Source: Pelomyxa schiedti
Lineage: Eukaryota > Protista > Evosea
DNA: 64,000 nt
Assembly (NCBI GenBank): GCA_020536535.1
Contig: JAHLWZ010000818.1
Location: 49,666 to 113,665, forward strand
Direction of reading: 5' to 3'
The position numbers and the translations under genes were made by a program. Within the stretch, counting starts at the first letter, position 1. Each line of letters opens with the position of its first letter. This document shows positions 36,201 through 49,131 of this stretch, in pieces. The notes under the pieces were generated by a model, which worked only from the letters and a program-made list of their open reading frames with translations, was not told the DNA's origin and searched no databases.

Positions 36201-39200
36201 CCTGTACCATAAGGAATCTTAGATTTTTATCTGCGTACCACTCTTCAGTTGTGGTGTGGTTTTTCATTGCTAGATCTGCCGCGTTCCTACTGAACTCCCG
36301 CAAGACCATTCTGAAGTCTTCCGTCATCCAAGTTTTGGTACCAGTAGTTGGATTGTATATTGAGACATTGAACAAGGACTGGCTCCAAATGTTATCTACG
36401 TCGTGCTTAGCGTCACTTTCTATAAATCAATGAGCTCGGCGGTATGTTGAAAAGAACAACCAAGGGTCTCCTCCAGTTTCAGAAAAGACTCGGATGAGGC
36501 AGTGAGAACTCCTTGGATTTGAGACAGGGTAGAATAAGAGGAGTCCTGGGAGTGTGCAATAAGCCTTTGACACTGCAAACCAATTTGAGGAACAAGCCTA
36601 CGCTCTTATGAGATGTCTTGTTTTAGAACAAAATTGGTGGTATACATACGCGCTGAGGTTTGATGCAACATATGCATTTCGGAAAGAGAGAGAAAAATTT
36701 CTGGAAAAGAAATTAAGAGAGATCAAGTGCTTGGGAGGAAAACTTTATCCCATGTTCGGTAAGAGCGAAGGCAACGCAGAGATTTGCCAGAATTACTTGG
36801 AAACATAAAAAAAAAAAAAAAAAAGTACAGAACCCTACCAAAAAGTAATGCAATGATAGAGAAACTGAGTAATCTATAACTTCAGAGTAAGAGAATATCC
36901 TTGGCAGGGGATAATGGGACTGACCTGAACTGGAAGGAATGCATGTCTGACAGCCGCTCCTTGTATGCCAAAAGCTGTTGCTGATTCTTGAAATTCCTCT
37001 GACTGGATTCTGCTTGGATTACATCTGTAAACAGTGGTGAGTATGTATTGCATGTAACACGATAAAACCTTTGAGTGAGGCGGCACTTTTAGCAGGTAAC
37101 TCGATATCTTCGTCATTGATGGGTTTTACTTTGATCCTCCGGCCTGTGAGGTGGGACCGGTGCTCTGTTGCCTAAATGAAACTGTTGGCATTATGCTTAA
37201 TGAAACTTCAAAGTCTCACATTGCGTTCCTCCATGGAATCGGCCAAGGATAGAAGTATATTGGCCTCCTGGTAGTCATGCTTGATCTGGAAGAGCACATT
37301 TTCACAATACCTCTGTAGAATAAAAGAACACACTTCGTCTAGGAATTTTGCGTATTGTCTGAGTACGTTCACAGAATTTGGGAACTTTAGTCTCAAATTT
37401 TTGTAAATTTGCTCCGCACAAGACTCGGCGTGATGAATTTCAGCGACTGTAGTGGTAACGTCCGCGAGGTTTTGGAGTAATAGTTGTTGCCAGAATCTGT
37501 CTTGTGCTTGTTTTGCCTTGTAATTAAAACGTGCTGCTTCTTTAAATCCCTGCCATCTAATAAGTGAAAAAAAGCAATACAAGCAAAGACACTTACCAAC
37601 TCTATTTCTTCCCTTCCACCATCAATTGCCTTCATCTTCTTTCTTCTTTCTTCATCCAATCGGAAGAGCAGTAATTTGGAATCTGGCCACTGTTTGAGAG
37701 AGTGCACGTGGTGAATAGTTTTCGCTACAGTTTGTAACTCATCCGTGGCCTCAATTGTGAACAAACAGAACACCTGTAATCAATTGTCTATAAAACAAAG
37801 CAAAAGAATGGCACGTACAATGCGAAGGCTAGTCCACGCGGGGTACGAATCAATACTTAAAAGGAGTATTTGAGTCATTCTATCAGATGAGTCTTTGCAC
37901 GGTACCTAATTTTAGACGGTGAGTGAATTGAGGGAAAACCAGGGAAAATACACACTCTTTCCTCCTGCTGATCAATAACTTCCCAAAACAGTTTTGTTGC
38001 AGCCAGTGTCACAATCCTAGGCTTGAGTGCAATGTCTCTAATATCACCTTCAGCAGTTCCTGCCCGGCACACAGCATTATACAATTTTCTGGTTACTTGG
38101 GTTAGTACCTTGATCGAGGTTAAAAAAGATACCTCTTCCATGGCTGCAGATAGCAGGTGAAGGCAAGCTTTGAAAAAACTACAGCTAAAATTCCTACCGG
38201 TACAAAGGCAGCCAAAATGCATATAGCAATTGTGCCACTGTGAAGAAATGCCTTTCATGTATTAGATGAGTATCCAGGATTTCTCTTCATACCCCTATCA
38301 GAGAGACAATAGCACTTATAGCAATAGTGAAAAAAGAAGCTATTTTGAAGTAATTCGTCCACCAGTGATGATAAGGCAAGCACCATATTAATTGACATAA
38401 TTCAATTCCACAGAAGCATAGTAATACAATGTTGCTCTGTGGAAATTTATTGGTAAATATGATCAAGTGAGGAACCATACAAGGAGACGAGGAAGAAGGT
38501 CCGTGGAGGAAAAAAGAGGGACAAAAGAACTCAGAGCTGACAAAATAGCTACCTTTTAGAGAGTGAACTCAAGAAAAGGAGAGGACCAAAACCATGAGGA
38601 ATTGGACCGTCTCACATCGAGAGAACAGGCGAGAAAGGGGATGGTTTGATTTCAAGTTGAACGGATACTGGATGGCTGCTCCACATAACCCAATAACAGC
38701 ACCGAGAATAATCCCAATACAAGACAGAACAAGCAACGCTAAAGCCTTTGGAGGCGTGTTACTCCCAGTCCACACTGAAGGAAAGAAACACACCGAATTT
38801 GAAGAAGGACAAGAACCGGACTGGGTCTTAATGTAACATGATACAATATGAAACATGACGTGCGTAAATGGTGCCCATAGGATAGTGGAGAGTAGTTCCA
38901 CCTTAATACAGTTATTAGCTAATCATTAACAGATATGGTAAATACCAGGCATCCAAAAATTTTCCTGCCAAATTTGGGAACATGGCCACTATCCCTAGAC
39001 TTCAAAAACAGACCAATCCCCAGTAATGTGGAAAACAGCACATAGCCAAAGAAAAGGAGCCAAAGTGCAAAGTATTGTTCTGCAAGTCACAAAATAAGAT
39101 CAAATCAAAGAGCCAACACAAGCAAGTGAGAGGAAGTACGATACTGTATAATATCCCATAGGTTAAGTTTCTTGGAACAGAAATGCCCTCAAGTGCAGAA

Positions 39201-39733
39201 TTGAGGATTTTATCATCCCCCCAATCCCATTGAGGATCCAAACAGAAGCTCAGAATCTAATCAAAGTAAGTGATCAGCCAATAAACAATAAAAGCGCCGG
39301 GGTTGATCGGAATAGTCGCGATATTTTAGAGATCCGGATATACCTGAATGAACTGGATGAACTCAAGCACAATAACCAGTTTTGGAGGCACCACATTTGG
39401 AGCCTGGGTTACGAATTTGAGCCAATCTCCGCCGCTCTGGACCACCTTCCTCAGAGGCTCAGGGCTGCTTGCCGACGAGGAGCTCGAGTTGCTGGTCGAT
39501 GTGCTGGCAGAGTTGGTCGTGGTCGAGGAGGACAACGAGCCGTTGCGCTGGCGGGTGACCGAGCCCGAGGCCGAGGAGACTGAGGCGGCGTCGGCCCCTC
39601 CTTGGGCCGATTCTCTTGGAGAGCCGGTGCACACGATGACCGAAGTTGCTCCGGGCCCGCAGTTGGCACCGTTGATTGTGGGACCGTCAGTGGGTTCGTC
39701 CTGGTAGCCGTCGGTCTCACCATCAGACTCCAT
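33257..39733 (-). CDS. Multi-TM TmcB/TmcC-like protein with PAS domain and class III adenylyl cyclase domain
   Basis: N-terminal TM bundle; IYKNLRLKFPNSVNVLRQYAKFLDE; PAS (ADAII...NAAAEAMFG...HKDGSEFPV); cyclase motifs FADIVAF, EKIKTIGDCYM, RVGINSGPVVAGVIG, YDIW, VNMASRME. Confidence 0.9.
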
Positions 39734-40327
39734 AATTCTGACCTCTGCGTGCTTTTGGTGCATGTATTAGCTTTACACAATGCTTTCTGTTGTCTTGTGA
39801 TACTTGGTGTCACGTGGTGTGTTGGGGCGTTTGGTTGTGTGCTGGTGGTTTTTTTTTGTTTTGTTTTGTTTTTTATTGATCTGCTTGAAGATTAGGCTGT
39901 TGTAGTTACTCCCTCCCCAATCGTAGGGAACGAAAGTTCCGCTGTTGGATTTTATCCTAATCTAACCGTGATCGGTTGATCCTTTCCCTTCATTAATCAA
40001 CAGGAACTTGGCTATTCCGCTGATCAGCCCGAAAGACAACCGACCCCACGAAGGGCGATTCCACGAAGTGCGATGGGTTAAAAAAAAAACAAGCCTCTCC
40101 ACTGCGAAAAAGGTACCTTGAGAATGGCCCAGAACGGAAAAATCCAGTGACATAGGCTAGTCATTTCAATGACGAGAACGCCTTTCGTTACTGGCAGAAA
40201 AAGAAAAAACCTGACACTAAGATAAAGACATCTTGCATTTGTTCAATAGGGAACTAGGAAACAGGGCAGAGGAGGGGTTTGTGTGGTTGCGTCATAGGTG
40301 TAATTTGTATGGAAGAGGAGGAAGTTC

Positions 40328-43138
40328 CTAGCAGGATGCTGATAAGTGGGCTGCTTTTCTGATTAGGTCTGCCCAGCAAATCATTTCATTCAGTCCAACA
40401 ATGAGTTTCTTCTCCCTCTCCTGTTTCTCCCCTGGCCGGATGCGGGAAACCATCACACAACCTAACAGTGAGGTGAGAAATTATGCTTTAATGGGAGGAT
40501 GTAAGTGGGTAGATAGAATAGATACCTTTAGAGGGAGTTTGCTGCACAGTTGTAACCTTGGTAATCTTGTCACACATTAGCAGTGAGCATATCTTCATCT
40601 CCTCGGTCCGTTTTGTCTTTGTTCGTTGCACAAGCACTAGGCACTGGCTCAACAGAACACAGTAATCCACACCTTTTTTGGCTTCCACAGGCCCTTCCTT
40701 AATGACCTGAAGATCGGCATGCCAGGCAATCATTTTCTGGGTACCGGTTACGGAAATGAAAAAGGTGAAGAAAGCAATAAATGAAAACTCCAACCAAACA
40801 AAATAGAAGTAAGGTCACACTTTAAGGTCTCCTTTGAAGAGAGTATACAACTGGGACAGTCTTTCCAAGTGTTCGATATGCCTCTTTGTCTCATTGAGTC
40901 CGGTTGTAAGCTCGAGGACAATTTTTTGTGCCTCTTTGAGCTGTTCGATGTATTTACTTTTTGCACGTTTACGAGTGTAGTCCTGTGAAAGGCTCAGTCA
41001 ACATTACTTGCCAAGGAGAAACTATCCCACCTGCAAGAGTAATAGGTCTATTTCGTTCCAACAGCAATCAAAATATTAATAGGTGCTTGGGAAAAGAAAA
41101 AAAAACATACATCGGGGAAGCCTTTGCACAGGCTGAATGAGAAAACCGCCAAGGCTTGTGCCGGTCTAAAGGAAAATGAAATTAAGAAGATTTTATTCGT
41201 TACCTTGGCAACAGCTTGCTTGCAGTGTGCACTGAAAAGCTCATTTGATGCAGTGAGTTGTGAGATTTTGGCAAGGCTTGTGTCATAGTTTAGGATATAC
41301 GGAAGATAGGACTTCATAGCAGCCATCTAAAAGTTTGAGTGACTTAAGAGCTTGGAAGAAAAGTCACTACTTGGGGACTAGAAAATACAGAAGCAACTTT
41401 TTTGGATAGATGATTCCTATTGTTTATTTCAGAGATAGCTTTAAATTTTTCACCATACATTTCAGCAAACTCAGTGGTAAGAAGCTCGTAAAAACTGACA
41501 TTCGTTTCATAGATCTTACTCCAGTTGGAAAAAACTTGTAAGATCTCTGCTTCTGTCAGTATAGGTGGGTTTGCAACTTTAAGTGGATTGATGTAATCCT
41601 GATGGAAACGTTGCTTTTTGAAATGGCTCAGTTGGGAGGGTAACCTCAAGAACTGTCTGTAAGTTCTTTACATAGGATTGCTCCGTTGCAAGTAGTTCTT
41701 GGATAACATTGCGCCGGTACGCTGCACTTAGTGAACAAAATACAACAACACATACATAATACAGGTAGCATCATATTTTGCTTGTGTTGCGTGAGCAACA
41801 ATTATTGCCTGGATTTCTGGAATAGCTTCTTCTAGTTGCTGGAAATAGTCAAGTTAGTTCGATAGCTGTGAGTAACAACTGAGACTTGTGTGTTGGGGGG
41901 TGCTAAGAGTCTTTCCAAGCTAGTAGACTCCCTGATTCTCCTTAGGTATTTCTAGAGAAAGTGTTTCATCCTTTCTTACCTCAGAAGTGCCGGCATTGGG
42001 CTCCCACAACTATTCCTGAGCTCATCCCTTCAAGAAAAAGGTTATATATATTGGGAGGGAAAATCGTACGTGGAAGACTTTTGAACAAGCTTCTTTGTTT
42101 CATCCACCCTGCAAAATTTCATTAGGGAAATACCAACTAAGAGACCATACTTTCTAGCTAATGATGTAATTGCCTTTACAAATTGAGGTTGATTGTCTAC
42201 AAAATCTTGCATCTTTTCTCTAATCTTCTGTAAATTTCTACTCCAATTAGAAGAGCGGTATTTGCTTTAGAGCAACTCTTTTGTAGAACGCTGAGCCGAC
42301 TCTAGGGATTTGAATATAGCTTCAGTAGATTCTCTCATCAGTTCCACTCTATTGAGACATGATTGTTAAATTTTCGAGCAACAGTAGGTAACTACTGAGA
42401 AGCCAGTTGTTTATCATTTGCTGCTAACACATCACAATTCAATTGTACTGTTTCCACTCTGAATAAAGGAAATAAGCATCAAAAACAACATGGAGTGGTA
42501 GAGAAACTTTGTGGTCAATTCTTGAACTTGTTTTGCCAACTTTGAAACAGAAGCTTCAGTATCAGTAAAATGAGAATCCACCTTGGTTTGCAAATTTTCA
42601 ATACACCCCTTTCATTTTTTTTTTTCCGTTATTTTTTGCCAAGTCTATGACTAAAGTTACTTTAACTGAGCAAATAAGACTGTTTTGGCACTCCATTTTG
42701 GAGCAAAGTGGCTCCAAATGTTGGGACATGGATTGTTCTCTGCAGAGTGTTAATAAGAAAGAAGTTGAAGGCACAGTACAGCTGAAGGCCTTTATTGGTG
42801 AATTCAGATAAAGCTCTGCGTAGAGTCATCGAAAGTGTGACCAGTTAAAACAAAACACACAATTTTAAGGCACTCAGTTGCTCCTTCTCCATTTGTTTGA
42901 GTGCCTGATAAGGTAGGAAGTAACATAAAAACCATCTTATTGAAAGTCACCTCACTTAAGGCTGTGCGCACACTAAGATGCAAACTTTCCAAGGAAGGGG
43001 TATTTGTCTTTGACACTTCTCTTGATACACTGCAGTAAAAACCAAATAAATCAAAGAATAGGACCAAATAATCAGAAACTTTGAAACAAACTGAAAATCA
43101 TTGCGCAGCTCATTCAGGGAGTCTTTCACCAAAGACAT
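40328..43138 (-). CDS. RhoGEF (DH-PH) with long N-terminal helical region
   Basis: RRNVIQELLATEQSYVKNL, ILTEAEILQVFSNW, YLPYILNYD, PVQRLPRY, VNTSN, followed by a PH-like segment. Start codon uncertain. Confidence 0.85.
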
Positions 43139-43587
43139 AAGCACCCCCAGCCCAACACAAAGTAGCCCGAATGTGCACACAACCTTCAGCACTGCACCAG
43201 CAAATATCAACTACAATAAAAGAGAGAAAAAAAGGGAGAAGAAAAAGAAAAAAACAAAGGGAAAAAAAAAAAAAAAGCAGCCAACTGTTATTGATGGGGA
43301 TAGTAGATCCCATTGATAGCGCCAATGCTATCGTAACCACGCACCCAACTTCAACCCTCCTCGTCCTCAGTTTTTCCCACCACATTTTGTTTCTGGTTTC
43401 CCGTTTCTCTCGTAAACCAACCTTTGGCTGGTTTGTTTTTTTTTCTTTTTGTTTGTTTTTTCTTGTTTTTCGTGAATGAAGTTGTGATGGCTCGCAAGCT
43501 TTTTGGGAGATGAGGAAAAAAAAAACTCAGTGAATAGATAAATAGATGTTTTGACAATGAGGTGTTTGGCGGGATAAATAAAGTAAT

Positions 43588-46500
43588 TCACAGGGTGAAG
43601 TCTTTAGACAAGGCCTTGAGCATTGTGATGGCCTCCTGCTTGAATTCCTCGGTCCATTCTGATTGGGAGCCCAGGATACTGTCTAGAACGCGCTCAATGC
43701 ACACTGCTGAGTGCACTAGCATGTTTACAAAGTGCTTGTTGTTGTCCTCGTCCTTGGCGGGTGGAGTGATGGGTGTATACACAATGTTTTTCTTGGCCGC
43801 AAATTCTTGTACCGACTGTTTGTTTGTGTGAGTGGGTGTTTGGGGTGGATTATTAGTTTTGAAGGGCTTCAAAGGAGGGTGGACACGCGAACCTTCAGCA
43901 TTCCTATAATAACACGCATGTGTGGGAGCAGTGGATCAATATCTTCCACTGGATGGGTGCTGACAGAGTTCCTCTCTTCTAAAAGTTTGCCCTTCAGTTC
44001 CTTAATATACATCTCCGGTGTCTCCGGAACTGCTTTGAATTAGTCTTGGCTTAAACGGTATGAGTGGATACATAGATTGGCAATGGCATTTCTGGAAAAT
44101 TCTCTACTCTCACGGTATTTTCTATCCCGTTCTCTGGGCCTTTCCCTGTCCCTGCTATCTCTATTATCCCTGCTGTCTCTCTCCCTGTCCCTACTATCCC
44201 TATCTCGACTATCCCTACTGTCCCTGTCCCTATCCCTGTCTCTATCTCTGTCCCTATCCCTGTCTCTGTCTCTATCTCTATCTCTATCTCGGTCGCGGTC
44301 TCGACTGTGTTTGTCTCGTTCTCGGTCTCTGTCCCGATCCCTGTCTCTGTCTCTATCCCTAGGTTCTCTCTCGCGATCTCTATCTCTGTCCGTCCTGTCT
44401 CGGTCTCGGTCTCTGTCCCGGTCTCTATCTCGATCTCGGTCCCTGTCTCTATCTCGATCTCTATCTTCTGGTACGAGTTGAGACGAAGAGGAACGTCTTC
44501 TCTGTCGGATGGAGTTATCTGCTTCACAGGGAGGTGTCATGGGCATCAGAGTGGCTGGAGGTGCTGCTGTAGGTGGTGGTGACGCAGGCGGGACACTAAG
44601 AACAGATACCTGAGGAGGGGGAGTGGGTGGTGGGGCCGCAGGAGGGGGAGCATTAAGTGCCAGAGAAGGAGGTGGGGTGGGAGGAGGAGCAGCAACACGC
44701 GGGACTGTAGGTGCAAGTGTTGTAGGTGGAGGGGTTGTTGGAGGTGTGCGTGGGGGGGCCGCTGGAGCAGGAAGTGTAGGCGGGGCAGTCACAGGTGGTA
44801 GAGGGACGGAGGGAGGTGGACCAGTTGGCGGTGAAGGGGCTGTGGGAGGGGGACCTGTGGGTGGAAGAGGAGAAGTGACTGTCACAGAGTCCAGTTTAGA
44901 GGGAGGCATCACTGGAACTGTTTCAATTTTTGAGAGCAAAGCAGGCATCGATTCTACTTTCAGACCCTCTATCTTGGTAATTTCATCTTTGGGTTGAGTT
45001 ACAGGTACTGATTCAACATTCACTTTAGGTGTTTCAGCTGTGTCTGGAGCTTGTGTTTCAGGTAATGGTAGGTGATGAGAAGTTTTTTCTTGGCTTGTTT
45101 CAGCCTGTTTTGAGCCACTGTGCTCACCAGAAATCGGTTCAGATGAATGAAGGGATTCCGGTAATGAAGTTGAAGGTGGAACGGTTGGTTGTGAACTATG
45201 GAGAGATGTGGATGCTTGAGTGGCTCTCTCTTTCTCCGCAGGAATTGGTGGAAGTGGAGGGAGAGGGGGTCGATGTAAGGGCAGGGTAGGTCGCATTGCG
45301 GAAGTAGGTGCTGGTATGGCAGGTGGAGTAGTAATTGGAGGTGTTTTTACTGGTATTCCACACTCCATAGATGGTGCTACGACCTTGCCGTCATTTGATG
45401 TCCGTGGAGGACTAGGAAGAGGTGCTTGAGGCGGAAGAGGATGAATATGGGGTGGTGCAACAATTGGTACAACTTCTGAAGGGGGAGGTATCACTTGTTG
45501 TTCGGAGGGGTGTGGTGGGACAATTGCCGGTAAATCGGTACTTGGTGGTCCCTCTACCGGAGGAGGCACTGAAGGTGGTGTGATGAGATCGGGTGGGGTT
45601 GTTGGTGGCTCAACAGGGGGTGTTACACAGGGAGGACTAATCGGATTACTGTCAGTTGTTATTGGAAGAGTGTTTTCAATAGGATCAATGGTATTCAAAG
45701 CTGTTTGTGGAGGAACAATAGCAGTAGCACCACCTGAACCATTCTCATGGAAAGCAGGAGGTTCTGGTAGGGTCACGCCTGGTTCTTTAGTATTTGAGTT
45801 CGTGAAAAGATAAGGAGAGGATAGTCACCTGAGGGTGGTTCTATCACGCCACTGTTACTCAAACCCACGGCAGACGTGGGTTCTTCTGGCTGAAATGGTG
45901 GTGGGTTAACAGGCTGTTGAGTTGTGGTTTGAAATGGCGTAGGAGGTGGTGTTTGTGGTGCTGCAGGAAGAGTTGCTATGAGAGGTGTTGTACCTGGAGA
46001 TGTTGCGACAGGCGCACTACGTGCAGGACGAGGGGGTGGACGACTAGACGGTGGTGCTGGCTTTGCAGGAGGCAGAGTTGGGGTGGTTGATTGTTGCAAT
46101 CCAGGCGGCAAAGGAAGGGGGGTAGATGGAGGTGGTGGTTTCTTTTTTTGGTCTGTTGCCGGCTTTTCTGTAACGGCCTCTTTTGTTTCCACTTGAGCCA
46201 GCGCAGAGCCACAGCTGCTGGACATCGCCATTAGAAATTCGGGTGATATTACAAATTCATCATCGGAATTTGAGGGAGTTGAGGGAGAGGAACCAGAGTT
46301 CACAGAAAGTGGAGAGGTTGCTGGTGCAGTCGAGGCAGAGGTAGAGGTGGAGGTGGACAAGGTGGACGAGGTGGCGGCACTTGGGGAAGGCGAGGGTGTT
46401 GTAGTTGATTGAGAAACATGACTGGATTCCGCTTTCCCAATTGACTTTATAAATTAGTTTTGTTTAGGAGAGCATCATTCAACCTTGATGGCAGTGATTT

Positions 46501-48881
46501 GTTCTTCAGTGAGTTGTTCAAAACCCTTTCCGTCATAGGGTTCCTCAATCCCTTTGGAATTCATGCGAGTTGGAAGTTTTGAATTTAGCGATGTGAAAAT
46601 GTTTGGTGGCATGTGGTTGATCATAGCCATGATAAAGGCTTTCTCCACATCATAATATTGCATCATTTCCATTGCGTTACTCACAGGGCATCGCAAGAGG
46701 CATGGTGCCAAAATCATTGCTTGAATTTAAAGTTGGTAAGCTAATGACTGAGACAATGAGATAGAATTTATCAAAATAGGCACTAAGTACATAGATTGCT
46801 GAGATCCATCTTTGTCTGCGATGAGACAGCAGACAGTTCACGAATCATTCGCAGTATATAAATGAGAACATCTTTGTGATTTTCGGGGAGCTGTTGCAAA
46901 ACGAGAGGTTCTATGTTCTCTGGTGTGAGACTATTTATGAAGTCCTGCTTGACAAAGGAAAAACTAGGGACATTAGTCCTTCAGGTAAATTATGTCATGG
47001 AACCCACTATAAGGACTGTGGGACAACAGGCTCAGGCAACTCTCGAAGAAACAGCTTGAGTAATGCACACATAGAGTGGACTAATGCTGTAGGCATAATC
47101 CAAAACTCTTCGTTATCAAAAGCTGCTCTATAGCGGTTCATTTCTGCTTGATCACCAGGAATTCTGAAAAAGAGTTAGAACAACTCATAAAATAACCTCT
47201 ACCTAAATATGCCTTCGGTATTTTTTGCTTGAAGGGGAAAATGTGGGAGGAGAGCGGAAGTCAGAGAAAAAAAGAAAAAAAAAAAAAAATACCATCAAGG
47301 GTCAACATGGTATCATGAAGAAGGATGAGGAATATGGGAATATGTAACCCTGGGTAGCGTTCTTTTTGTCTTGAAACTAGTTCATCCAGACATGTGCAAT
47401 ACGTCAATGTGGACTTTTGGGGAAGATTGTCTGCACCCTGTGAAGTAATGTTATTATCACAGAGTCTGTGAACTCAGATACTTTGCGTCCACGTCCTAGC
47501 TTTCCCAACCATTTGGTTTTTTGTTTGGATTTTTTGGCCTTGTCTGTGGAAATGGTTGGTGATCCAATTTTCTCTTTTCCTTCCGGCTTTGTGTCTTTGA
47601 ATTCATATGGCTGAGGTTGTGGAGCTATGGATCTGTTTTGGGTAACATACTGCGCTAAGTCTAAAGAAAGCTGTCAACAAGGAAAAGTTTATACAATGGC
47701 AATACCTTCTTCGTATGACGTTACAAACCGCAAGTTTTGACATTTTAAGGAGTAGTCTTGCAATTGACTTGGTATGGAATCTTGAATCTAGTGCAATATG
47801 AGAGGAAAATTTGTACGTAGTGTTTTTCACACAGTGAAAAAGGAGTTGAGGTATTTTCTGAGAAGAATTGCACGTTTGGAGTCAAGTTTTTGGAGATCCT
47901 GAAAGATGTAAATAAAAATCTCAAGAAACAAAGAATACATCAAGAATTCTTCTGTTATCTGCCAGAAATTTACTTTGACACACATTAGTTTCTTCAATTT
48001 GGGCTTGGTAGTCCTTGGTTACTTTAACTAAGTCTACTTGTATCTTTGCCCGTTTCTAAGGTAGTGTGGGTTCAAATAAAAAAAAGAGAGGGTGCCAACA
48101 TCTGGTTTGGATTCGGACTCTTCAAGCTCTTTATTAAGACGCAAATAGTGCGCTTGCAACTGTTGATAAATTAATGTGGTAAATAAATAAATCAATTACG
48201 GAAAAGAATCACCTTATCAAGTTTTGATACTGATGCCTTATAATCATGGTTTATTTTGGTGCCTTCTGTAATAAGCTTTTTTTTTTATAGCGTTGGACTT
48301 GTGTTTATTCAGAAAAGCAAGGAAGTACTAGTTTTATGGATGCCTCGAGCTCTGGAAGACCTTGTTCAACAGGATCACAAATCTAATAGGCTATAAGAAG
48401 AATTCGTGCTCTAAAGAATACCTCACCTCTTTGGTAATTTGAACGGAAATATCCAGAGAACTACTACTTTCAAAAGAAATAGAACTAGATACAGCCATGT
48501 ACGAGGAACCTTGCATTGCTATCGCTCTATAAAGAAAAAAAATGAACCAAACAAATGGGGAATACAAATAAACGAGTGCTCACCCATCAAGCCTGATGTC
48601 ATCCTCAAATTGTTTTGTGATAAGCTGCAAAGCCCTGCCGTGTTCCTCCTTCACTTTTGACAACCTTCGCAAGTTTTTTGCAAGGTGCTTGCACATTGTC
48701 AGATTCGAGGTGACAACTTTGCACGCGGCATCGAAGTTGTCCTGTTCACACACAAACAAACAAAAAATGAGAACAAAAATAAAAAAAACGCAAAAAAATA
48801 AGAAGAAGTAAAAGGACACGGGCGTAGGGCGTGTTTGTGGATCTTGATTGTTGGTTGTACCCAGAGATCGGTGAAGGACAT
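43588..48881 (-). CDS. F-BAR (FCH) + RhoGAP protein with long Pro-rich region and RD repeat
   Basis: MSFTDLW|DNFD FCH start; EEHGRAL; coiled coil; EGIFRIPG (arginine finger), LLKLFLRELPEP, NLAMILAPCLLR-like. Confidence 0.85.
44118..44466 (-). repeat. Degenerate hexanucleotide repeat encoding (Asp-Arg)n
   Basis: Minus-strand translation DRDRDRDR... over ~115 aa with mixed codons. Confidence 0.95.
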
Positions 48882-49131
48882 GCGCTGGTTGGTTGTGACT
48901 TTCGATTTTTTTTTTACCTGGATTTGGTGCAGCACGAATTACCGGCGTTACACTAAAACCTGTGAGGGCAGCAAACTAAAGTGTTGCCTCCTTTCTGGAA
49001 TTTTCTGAAGGACTTGTGCAGGGGTTGGAAGCACACCCACTCTTCGTCGCTTGGCTCTGTGCAGTTGATCTACTCAGATCCATGCTTCATGCTCCACCGG
49101 TGGGACATTTCTTCCCGTAAGTGCAACCAAC

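Noticed and set aside
40019-40036. CTGATCA...GAAA hammerhead-like core
   Set aside because: The core should be CUGANGA, and the required stems II and III cannot be built.
44060-44481. Plus-strand (SL/SR)n and (CPY/CL)n ORFs
   Set aside because: Antisense and alternative-frame shadows of the RD repeat.
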